This document shows, piece by piece, positions 42,365-51,035 of a DNA stretch of 64,000 nucleotides; position 1 is the stretch's first letter; each line of letters begins with the position of its first letter. The position numbers and the translations under genes were made by a program. The DNA is from Chrysomallon squamiferum (Eukaryota; Animalia; Mollusca): contig CM022677.1 of the NCBI GenBank assembly GCA_012295275.1, positions 14,198,001 through 14,262,000 of the forward strand, read 5' to 3'. The notes beneath the pieces were generated by a model. It was not told the DNA's origin. It was given only the letters and a program-made list of their open reading frames with translations, and did no database searches.

Positions 42365-42466
42365 GCTATCTCATCGAACGTTTATGATGGAATGATGTTA
42401 ATATTTGAAAACATAACGATATCTGCATTTATACCGGATATGACATCATATACTATATTTAAATAT

Positions 42467-42663
42467 AACAGTCGTACTATAGCGCGAGAGATCACGTGAC
42501 TATAACGCAATAGACCACGTGGGTGTGAATTAGGGACATGATAGATCCCAACCCAACTCTTGTTTATTATTGAAAAAACAATGTATAACACGAATGGTTT
42601 TTGGTTTTTGGCCTTGAAAGCCAATATGTACTTTTAACCCGAAGGTGACTAGCTCCTTCGGGC
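42467..42663. repeat. Viral ITR with partial hairpin, at the 5' end of molecule B copy 1
   Basis: Inverted copy of 39576-39747, followed by the first hairpin ear and then a junction into the Rep fragment. Confidence 0.92.
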
Positions 42664-43319
42664 ACCGGATGTATCGAAAAAGTCATTAAGTATGTTTAAA
42701 ATATCGGCATCATTATCGTGAATCTCTTTTTCCATCTCATTCCAGATATTAAGCATGGCTTGATCTGTTGTTCCTAAAATTGTTTTTCTGAATCATTCAT
42801 CAAATATTTCATATAGTCTTGAAGTGATGTTCTTTGTGGGTCTTTAAGTTTCATGATTTTCAAATAGCCATTTTCATTTAATGTAGCACGATGTAAACGG
42901 CGATACTGCCTGTCTTGTGACGGTGTTTTCAATGTAGTTTTCCAGATTATATGACAGTGTGTTCCATATGTCGGATGGTTGCTTATAGCTTCACACTCTT
43001 TTTGATGGTAAACCATTAACGTTTTCCATGACTTATTTCTAAGAAATGCTTTTAGTTCATTAATAACACGATCCTGTCCCTTAGATAAGTATTCATAATT
43101 GGGCGTGGCCCAATGATCCACTGTTTTGTCCAATATTTCCTGATTGTCCATCTGATACGATTTAATGAAATTTTTCCCCATTGCATAAATGAATTTTCCT
43201 TCTTTGTCTTTTGCAAGACAACGGGGAACTAAATATTTTGGGTGGACCATGTCATAGTTAACATGGCCAACCAAAACGCTGTAGTATGTTTCTTCAGGTA
43301 AGTCAACGAATCTGTCCAT
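42664..43319 (-). pseudogene. Parvovirus-like Rep/NS1, N-terminal HUH endonuclease domain only (3' truncated)
   Basis: HUH motif II GTHCHIIW and motif III-like DYMKYLMND. One extra T at ~42778 would continue the frame as KQFLGTTDQAMLNIW...FFDTSGA up to the hairpin junction. No SF3 helicase motifs are present. Confidence 0.78.
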
Positions 43320-43403
43320 ATTTATTGTCGTTAAAGTCTATGTTGTTTTGTATATCTATATCGGAAGAGATAAAAGTAACAACTGAACGTTTTTGAACGT
43401 CTC

Positions 43404-43450
43404 TTTATTTATAACGTTAAAAATATGACGTAATACATATGACGTAATAC
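43404..43450 (-). promoter_or_regulatory. VP-A/Rep intergenic signals: overlapping TATAAA and AATAAA, plus a tandem 14-mer with CRE-like TGACGTAA
   Basis: The minus strand reads GTTATAAATAAAG at 43403-43415. atatgacgtaatac occurs twice at 43423-43450. Confidence 0.55.
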
Positions 43451-43522
43451 GGTGTACGTGACAAATTAAACGTAATATTTTGAACAGACTATTTACTGTA
43501 TTCATACGCGTACAAATATTAT

Positions 43523-45643
43523 TTACAATGGATATGACCAATCAAAAGCATTACCCATAACTTCCAAGGTTCTATCTCCATATGCACCATGTACTGGCCA
43601 TAATTGTCTACGTCTATTTCGTCTTTTATTCCAATTATCCCATACTGGTGCAAAACATCGCATTTGCCATGTTTTCTGAATTCTATCTTTATATTTAGCT
43701 TCATCTTCATCTAAAAATTGATCTTGATCTGTATGTTTTATGTTATCTTTATTTCCCATTGGTCTTGTTTCATCTGGTTTATATATTAAACCTTGCATAT
43801 TACCTGGACAGCCCCCTAACCCTATTGGAATGTATTTAGGACACATTCCCGTTCTAACTATAAATTCGATCTCACTATAATATGTAATTTGAATATTTGC
43901 ATGATAATTAAAAAATAATGTATTACCACCACTTGTTTTCTCAATATCAGGATATAAACCTATCAGAAATATAGGCGGTCTATTACATTGATATGTACGT
44001 CTATGTGAACCGTCTTTACAAGCGTCTACGTTAGGATTGTTAGCATTATTATGCATAACACCTTGGCTACTTAATTTAGTACCACCATCATCAACCATAG
44101 ATGGTGCACCAAGTACATTTGATGCCTTATTTTGAAAACATGCTGTATAATGTATACGTCTGTATTGATGATTAAAATAACAACAGATCGCTGTGCCCAT
44201 AGGATGTTCTGTAGAATTAGTTAATATTATATCCTGTGTTGGCCATACTTCTAAATTACCTTTATTTTCATTAGCACATTGATATTTCGTTTTTTGACAT
44301 AATCCAGATACATCCGTAAAATTAACTCTGTGTGATGTTTCAGATGGAAATAATACAGTAGGTGAATCTTTACATGTATAATCTAATGCGAAACCACCAG
44401 CACTAATAACCGTCTCACGATACCCATCATGTTTTTTCATATCATAAATATAATTAGGAGACTCAGCAGTGTATTTTAATCCGTCTTTCTTCCATGCATG
44501 ATTTAATATTTGCATGGCCATATCACTAGGTAAATATAATTTGCGATCAGGCTGAATAGGTATACTTCTATTGCTTACACTGTCCATGCATTCTTCATCT
44601 CTAAAATAATGATTATGAGATAAATTTAAATTTTTTTCTGGAAGACCATAATCATTATTTATATCTGTAAATGTCCAGACTCTAGAATTAGGAGGTGCCA
44701 TTACAGGGACCTCATTAGGATCAGCTTTATTATTATTCAACACATGAATAATCATATTATTAATGTTAAAACCTATTTTTTTCACTCTATAGCCCATAAA
44801 ATCATCAGGTAAATTCCAATCATCCGGTTTAGTACTGGCAGCTTTATACCAATATGGTATAATATGTCCTCCGTGATTGAATGTAAATTCACAAACATTT
44901 GGGTCACCAATAGCTTTTTTCCAATTTACATTATCTGAATTATTATCTAATACTTGCATTTCAGCCTTTCTGGTTTTAGTAAAATTAATAGTACTAGTAA
45001 ACGTTCGTTTAAATGTTTTTTTGATCGTTATGTAACGTGGATCAGCAGCTTTAGTTGTTCCACCAAAACCTTGATATAAAACATTATTACCAGTTGCAGA
45101 TGCCATAGGTGCACCTTCTACGGCTTCGCTCCCTCCAGTATCAGTAACTTCTTCATTCATTATGGAATCCGGTTCCATAACAGATTCTTGAGGTTGTAAA
45201 TATGTACCTTTAGCATTTGATCTGTCCAGGACATCTTGTGATACCGTAGTAGATAACTGATTATTATTTGGAACCTTCGCATCAGATCGACCTGACGGTT
45301 CATCTGAATGTCTTTTCATAGTTGATTTATTTTGATCTCCGGATGTGTCGTATATATCTCCTGGTTGTTCCGAGTTGTCGTAGAATAAAGGGGTCCCGAA
45401 AGGGTCGTCTTCGTCCGAATCTTCAATAGAGTTATAGTTTTGCCCAATATTTTGAATTGCCTGATAGAAATCGTTATTCGGAATTTGTATATTTGGATAC
45501 TGACGTCTGATCTGAAGCCACTTTTCTTGTCGTTTTGAATAGGGGACATTTAGATCTCCTAATATATTAAACGCTTTTGACTTTGCAATAGCCCAAAGTC
45601 GAGTGACTTCTTTCTTCGTCAAAAGTCTTTTTCCTTTTGTCAT
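43523..45643 (-). CDS. Parvovirus-like capsid protein VP-A, 706 aa, intact, no PLA2 motif
   Basis: Gly-containing N-terminal segment followed by jelly-roll-like blocks HIIPYWY, GYRVKKIGFNINNM and RVWTFTDINNDYGLP in parvoviral VP order. Basic KRRNRRR near the C-terminus. Adjacent to HUH Rep and hairpin. Confidence 0.85.
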   Translation of the reverse strand: MTKGKRLLTKKEVTRLWAIAKSKAFNILGDLNVPYSKRQEKWLQIRRQYPNIQIPNNDFYQAIQNIGQNYNSIEDSDEDDPFGTPLFYDNSEQPGDIYDTSGDQNKSTMKRHSDEPSGRSDAKVPNNNQLSTTVSQDVLDRSNAKGTYLQPQESVMEPDSIMNEEVTDTGGSEAVEGAPMASATGNNVLYQGFGGTTKAADPRYITIKKTFKRTFTSTINFTKTRKAEMQVLDNNSDNVNWKKAIGDPNVCEFTFNHGGHIIPYWYKAASTKPDDWNLPDDFMGYRVKKIGFNINNMIIHVLNNNKADPNEVPVMAPPNSRVWTFTDINNDYGLPEKNLNLSHNHYFRDEECMDSVSNRSIPIQPDRKLYLPSDMAMQILNHAWKKDGLKYTAESPNYIYDMKKHDGYRETVISAGGFALDYTCKDSPTVLFPSETSHRVNFTDVSGLCQKTKYQCANENKGNLEVWPTQDIILTNSTEHPMGTAICCYFNHQYRRIHYTACFQNKASNVLGAPSMVDDGGTKLSSQGVMHNNANNPNVDACKDGSHRRTYQCNRPPIFLIGLYPDIEKTSGGNTLFFNYHANIQITYYSEIEFIVRTGMCPKYIPIGLGGCPGNMQGLIYKPDETRPMGNKDNIKHTDQDQFLDEDEAKYKDRIQKTWQMRCFAPVWDNWNKRRNRRRQLWPVHGAYGDRTLEVMGNAFDWSYPL
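45316..45549 (-). CDS. Overprinted 77-aa ORF in the VP-A N-terminal region
   Basis: ATG start. The core RSDVSIQIYKFRI.ISIRQFKI.GKTITLLKIRTKTTL is conserved with the B version, and the stop overlaps the internal MKR start. Confidence 0.55.
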   Translation of the reverse strand: MSPIQNDKKSGFRSDVSIQIYKFRITISIRQFKILGKTITLLKIRTKTTLSGPLYSTTTRNNQEIYTTHPEIKINQL

Positions 45644-46005
45644 GAAATCGGTATACGATTATATATATATGATACGTTTTCGTCTTCCTCAGCCTCTAAT
45701 TGGCTACGTTCAATTGATGTGACGTTATTATCTATATCTTTTCCTTCAGGTTTAATATAATTCCCTAATTCTCGTACTGCCTCTTGAATCTGATTTTTTG
45801 TATAATCAGAAATTCCTTCAACAGCAGATTCAACAATAGATGTTCCTATATTTATAGCAGGATCTAATAAAACACTATCAGCTCCTATTACTTCTGTAAT
45901 GGCTGGTGCTGTAGATTCTAATATTGCTGATGTAGCAATTTCTACAGAGGCATCGAATGCGTATTCGATTATTTCAGTTGCAATTAAACCTAATGCAGTG
46001 AACAT
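45640..46005 (-). CDS. Small acidic ORF-X of molecule A, 121 aa
   Basis: First ATG ORF after the terminus and TATA-rich region. Homologous to the 122-aa ORF of B, with an ATGA overlap with the VP start. Confidence 0.8.
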   Translation of the reverse strand: MFTALGLIATEIIEYAFDASVEIATSAILESTAPAITEVIGADSVLLDPAINIGTSIVESAVEGISDYTKNQIQEAVRELGNYIKPEGKDIDNNVTSIERSQLEAEEDENVSYIYNRIPIS

Positions 46006-46110
46006 GCTATCATAACAAATAAATAAGTATAAATGATATAAATGTATATGTGTTATATTATATATAATAAATACAGGAAGTGACGTAGAATGTCACGTAA
46101 CATGATAATT

Positions 46111-46370
46111 GGGACCTGATAGATCCCAACCCAACTCTTGTTTATTATTGAAAAAACAATGTATAACACGAATGGTTTTTGGTTTTTGTACTGAAAGCCA
46201 ATATGTACTTTTAACTCGAAGGTGACTAGCTCCTTCGGGCGTAGCCCGAGCCCTACGGTCATAAGTTAAAAGTACATATTGGCTTTCAAGGCCAAAAACC
46301 AAAAACCATTCGTGTTATACATTGTTTTTTCAATAATAAACAAGAGTTGGGTTGGGATCTATCATGTCCC
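46111..46370. repeat. Palindromic head-to-head junction: ~106-nt stem arms around a 47-nt two-eared (T/Y-shaped) hairpin core
   Basis: 46111-46216 pairs with 46264-46370. Ears are CGAAGG/CCTTCG (46217-46237) and CGTAG/CTACG (46240-46257). Confidence 0.93.
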
Positions 46371-46538
46371 TAATTCACACCCACGTGGTCTATTGCGTTA
46401 TAGTCACGTGATCTCTCGCGCTATAGTACGACTGTTATATTTAAATATAGTATATGATGTCATATCCGGTATAAATGCAGATATCGTTATGTTTTCAAAT
46501 ATTAACATCATTCCATCATAAACGTTCGATGAGATAGC

Positions 46539-46907
46539 ATGTTCACTGCGTTAGGCATTATAGCTACAGAGATAATAGAGTACGCATTTGATGCATCAGT
46601 TGGTTTAGCTACAAACGCTATATTAGAATCTACAGCTCCTGCCATATCTGAATTGATTGGTGCAGAAAGTGCCATATTAGAACCAGCTACAGCTATTGGT
46701 CAATCTATTGTAGAAGCTTCAGTGGAAGGAATTTCTACTTATACAAAGAATCAAATAGAAGAAGCTTTGAATCAATTTGATGAATTCGTATCAACCGATA
46801 CTGGTAAAGACATTGACGAAAACGTTACACCAGCCGAACGTCATTTGTTAGAAGAAGAGGAAGGAGAAAACGTTACATATTTAAACAGACATAATCAGAG
46901 TTCATGA
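46539..46907 (+). CDS. Small acidic ORF-X of molecule B, 122 aa, intact
   Basis: TATAAA at 46470, homology to 45640-46005, and an ATGA overlap with VP-B at 46904-46907. Confidence 0.8.
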   Translation: MFTALGIIATEIIEYAFDASVGLATNAILESTAPAISELIGAESAILEPATAIGQSIVEASVEGISTYTKNQIEEALNQFDEFVSTDTGKDIDENVTPAERHLLEEEEGENVTYLNRHNQSS

Positions 46908-48190
46908 TTAAAGGAAAACAATTATTAAGCAGAAAGGCTATAAATAGACTTTGGGCTGCTGCTAAAGCTACGTTGTTCGACAAGCTAGCTGATCAAAATG
47001 TCCCCTATAGAGAAAGACAGCAACAATGGTTACAGGTCAGACGTCAGTATCCAAATATACAAGTTCCGAATAGAAATTTCTATCAGGCAATTCAAAATCT
47101 TTGGCAAAACTATAACGCTATTGAAGATTCGGACGAAGACGACGTTAAAGACCCCGCTATACTCGCAAATGATGTACAACGACAAAGAGATCAGCAATTC
47201 TCGTCCGGATATAGTGATAAACAAGCTATGAAGAGACCATCTGATGAACCGTACGGTGGTAGCTCTGCTAAAAGATCTAATAACAGACAGTTATCCAACG
47301 TAGTTTCGCAAGATGTATTGGAACAATCGAATTCCAGAGGTACATATTTACAACCAGAAGAATCTGTTATGGAACCTGATTCCATTGCAAATGAAGAAGT
47401 CACAGACACCGGAGGGAGCGAAGCTGTCGAAGGTGCTCCAATGGCATCGGCTACTGGTAATAATGTTCTATATCAAGGTTTTGGTGGAACTACCAAAGGA
47501 ACGGATCCTAGATACATTACGATTAAAAAGACATTTAAACGAACATTTACAAGTACTATTAATTTTACCAAAAATAGAAAAGCTGAAATGAAGGTATTAG
47601 ACAATAATTCAGATAATGTTAATTGGAAAAAAGCTATAGGTGATCCTAATGTATGCGAATTTACGTTTAATCACGGAGGACATATTATACCATATTGGTA
47701 CAAAGCCGCCGTTACTAAACCAGAAGATTGGAATTTACCTGATAATTTCATGGGATACAGAATCAAAAGAATAGGTTTCAATATAAATAATATGCTTATT
47801 CACGTTTTAAATAATAACAAAGCAGATCCTAACGAAGTACCTGTTATGGCACCACCAAACGCTCGTGTTTGGACGTTTACCGATATAAATAACGATTATG
47901 GGTTACCAGAAAAAAATTTAATGTTGTCTCATAATTATTATTTTAAAGACGAAGACTGTATGGACGATGTAAGCAATAGAAGTATCCCTGTTCAACCTGA
48001 TAGAAAATTGTATTTACCAAGTGATATGGCAATGCAAATGTTAAATCATGCTTGGACAGGTGACGGAGTAGAATATACAGCTCTTTCTCCAAATTACATA
48101 TACGATATGAAAAAACACGATGGTTATCGTGAAACTGTTATTAGCTGTATCTTGACGCATTTTGGATGCAGGGAAAGGAATCAGAGATGA
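46904..48190 (+). CDS. Capsid VP-B copy 2, open frame but truncated at 48144 and running 14 codons into host DNA
   Basis: Matches copy 1 up to gaaactgttattag (48144), then continues into unrelated sequence. Confidence 0.85.
   Translation: MIKGKQLLSRKAINRLWAAAKATLFDKLADQNVPYRERQQQWLQVRRQYPNIQVPNRNFYQAIQNLWQNYNAIEDSDEDDVKDPAILANDVQRQRDQQFSSGYSDKQAMKRPSDEPYGGSSAKRSNNRQLSNVVSQDVLEQSNSRGTYLQPEESVMEPDSIANEEVTDTGGSEAVEGAPMASATGNNVLYQGFGGTTKGTDPRYITIKKTFKRTFTSTINFTKNRKAEMKVLDNNSDNVNWKKAIGDPNVCEFTFNHGGHIIPYWYKAAVTKPEDWNLPDNFMGYRIKRIGFNINNMLIHVLNNNKADPNEVPVMAPPNARVWTFTDINNDYGLPEKNLMLSHNYYFKDEDCMDDVSNRSIPVQPDRKLYLPSDMAMQMLNHAWTGDGVEYTALSPNYIYDMKKHDGYRETVISCILTHFGCRERNQR
46998..47231 (+). CDS. Overprinted 77-aa ORF in VP-B copy 2
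   Basis: As for the other two copies; its TGA overlaps the ATG at 47228. Confidence 0.55.
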   Translation: MSPIEKDSNNGYRSDVSIQIYKFRIEISIRQFKIFGKTITLLKIRTKTTLKTPLYSQMMYNDKEISNSRPDIVINKL

Positions 48191-48317
48191 TTTGGTGCAT
48201 TTTTGTTCAACGGATAGATAGACCAAACAAGAGACCTTCATATAGATTAAAAGACGATATATAGATATATATGGAAACAGAGATAGATTGATAGATAGAT
48301 GGAAATAGAGATAGATT

Positions 48318-48394
<77 letters not shown>
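48318..48394. repeat. (GATA)n microsatellite
   Basis: Directly visible. Confidence 0.95.
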
Positions 48395-48395
<1 letters not shown>

Positions 48396-48684
48396 AAATG
48401 AAAAAGGTTGATATGACCCTGTCATAGTTTGTATTAAAAAAAGATCAGCCTGACCTCGCGTCCACTCATCTTTTCCTTTGTAATATATCTTACATCTCAT
48501 ACAGTTTTAGAAAAGATTATTAATCTGTACGTTTCTCTACATTCTTAGCTTCTGCTAAAACGCGAGAAGTCGCAATATTAACGTCATAAATTATATTACA
48601 CTATAGATTAAAATCATAATTTCAAGAACATAGATTATAGAGGATACCTGTATTTTGGGAAATATAGAGCGTACTTTCAGTTTT

Positions 48685-48737
<53 letters not shown>

Positions 48738-50885
48738 TATAAATAATAGAAGAAAACTGAAATGATATTCCGTTATGTAAAGAAAGCTATCGCGTTTATT
48801 TTGTAAAACGAGCGGAGTTTACACTATAAATCCAATAATTATAAACAAGTAAAAATAAAGTGTTATTATTAATTAAGGATACCGCTGTTTACAGGAATAA
48901 ATCATATAACATCACATCATTATAAGCAAGTAAAAATAAGGTTTTACTTAAGGATACCGCTACTTACACTGATAATTTTATAGACTAAGAACGATATTTC
49001 ATCCCCAACTTTCGAGGTTATAGTGAAAATGTGATAACGTATGATATTAATGTGATATTTCCCCATCAGAATTTACTACATTAATCTGGTCAGAATAATT
49101 TCATGTAGGGAGATATGTAAATTGTGTCGTGGAATGTCATGTTACTGCTGTCATAAAACATTCTGACACTGAAATATGCACAGTTAATTTTCAGTAATAT
49201 CAACAGTAATAAATACAGTATTCATCTAACACTTCACGCGTTTCTGTATAGTCTTATTATTGATAATAAAATAACTTAATATAATAAACTATAATTCTTC
49301 AGTATACGATAAGAAGGATATTAATTTGGAAAAAATTAAAGATGTGTTTTTCAGTGTACTGGGTTAATATTACAGCTTCACTTTTACTATCAGTATATTG
49401 AGTTATATACCTAATAGAATTATAGAAGATTCTTTTTTTATTCTTTTAATAACTGTACACTAATTGTACAAGAATAAAAAATAAAATTTTGACAAACTCA
49501 GCGTAATATTAATATTAATGTCTAAAGAAGATATTCATGTTTATATGTGAAGCGGATATTCAACTTTTATGCTACGTTAACTTTACAAAATTATTCAAAT
49601 TATCCAAATATAACGTTAATGTTATAATTTTATAATAAAATATTTCCATTTTCTGAGGCCTAGAATTGTTTTTCATCACAACAAACATTAATGTTTTTTC
49701 TCTCAAACTCAGTTTTGTCGTATAAACGGTCGTGGTGTTAGCTGCTACTTTCTTTTTGTTTCAGGTTTCTGAATAAAGACCAAACATTAAATCTAAGCAA
49801 GGGTTCTTTTTAATATTATCACCGAAAAATATAGGAGGAAAATGTGTTTCAACATTTGTGTGTGTGTGTGTGTGTGTGTGTTTGTGTGTGTGGGTATGTG
49901 TGCGAATGTGAAAAAGGACTCAGTATTTTTATTGAAATGTACGCAAACTAATAAAAACATGTTCCTTATATCAAGTCAGGTATTTTGTTTTATGATTTAC
50001 AGTCAGCGATCACGTGGGTTAAGAGAATTTACATTATCCTCACTTGGAGAAATCACAGTTGTTTTCACTCGAGTGTTTAAAATAATCATGTCTGTGAAAA
50101 AGGATACATTTTCAGTGATAGGTTTGATGCTGAAGTGTGCACTTGTTTAACCAACACAGGATGTTTTTCTACCGAGTTCAAGATTAATAAAGTGTAATGA
50201 AAATTATAAACAACATTCATAAATTTCTTCACTGGAATATTTAGATTACTGTTACAGAAATGTGTTCAAAGTTTTCGGTAGAGATGTGTATTGCATTGGT
50301 AACAGTTCATTCAGATTTATCTTCATTATTTTAATTTCTATTAATGTAAATCAAAACCGGCGTTATCTATGTTAATGTCACCGTCATTAGCGTCGTAACG
50401 GCGTTGTTCTCAACGTTCTGGTGTACTTCTCGCTATCCTTTTACTTTTTATTATTCATATTATAATTTTCTTGCGTTCAAATGCTATACTTAAAATGTAT
50501 TATTACTATTTCTATTTACATCACCGTAATTGCTGTCGTTGATCCTAGCTTTGTTGCTGTACTTCTAATTATTGTTTTGCGATTTTTATTAGTCATTACT
50601 CGTATTTTCTGAGCTATTAAAATATATTACTGAACTTTGTATTAATGTCGCCGTCGTTGCCTTCGTACCGGATTATTCCTAACGTAGTTATTAGAGTGCT
50701 TCTCATTGTTCTTCCTTGCTTTTTATCACCTAGTATTATTATTTCTGAGCGTGCGCATCCTGTATTAAAATATATTATTAATATATCTTTATTATTACTG
50801 TGAACGTTGGCGACGCTGCTGTTGAAACTGGCGCTGTCCTTCACGGCTTGGTGTACTTCTCATTATTCTTTTTAGCGGGCCACTC

Positions 50886-50938
<53 letters not shown>

Positions 50939-51003
50939 GATTATTGCTATTGTTATTATGATTATTATTATGATTATTATTATTATTATTGTTGTTGTTG
51001 TTG

Positions 51004-51035
<32 letters not shown>

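Larger units (their letters stand above)
39520..48144. mobile_element. Endogenous parvovirus-like element (EVE) cluster: B (complete) + A (truncated) + B (inverted, truncated)
   Basis: Microsatellite-free, ORF-dense island with three capsid genes, one HUH Rep fragment and three copies of a hairpin terminus. Sharp host junctions at 39520 and 48144. Confidence 0.92.

Noticed and set aside
43523-45643. PLA2 domain in VP
   Set aside because: No YxGPG calcium loop or HDxxY catalytic motif in either VP or in ORF-X.
46279-46521. 80-aa ORF MAFKAKNQ..., repeated at 42382-42624
   Set aside because: It has a non-ATG start and lies in the ITR/promoter; its recurrence only reflects the repeated terminus.
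39520-48144. Bidnavirus or Polinton identity
   Set aside because: No protein-primed PolB, integrase or ATPase is seen. Hairpin flip/flop termini and an HUH domain fit parvovirus-type replication better, though other segments could be missing.
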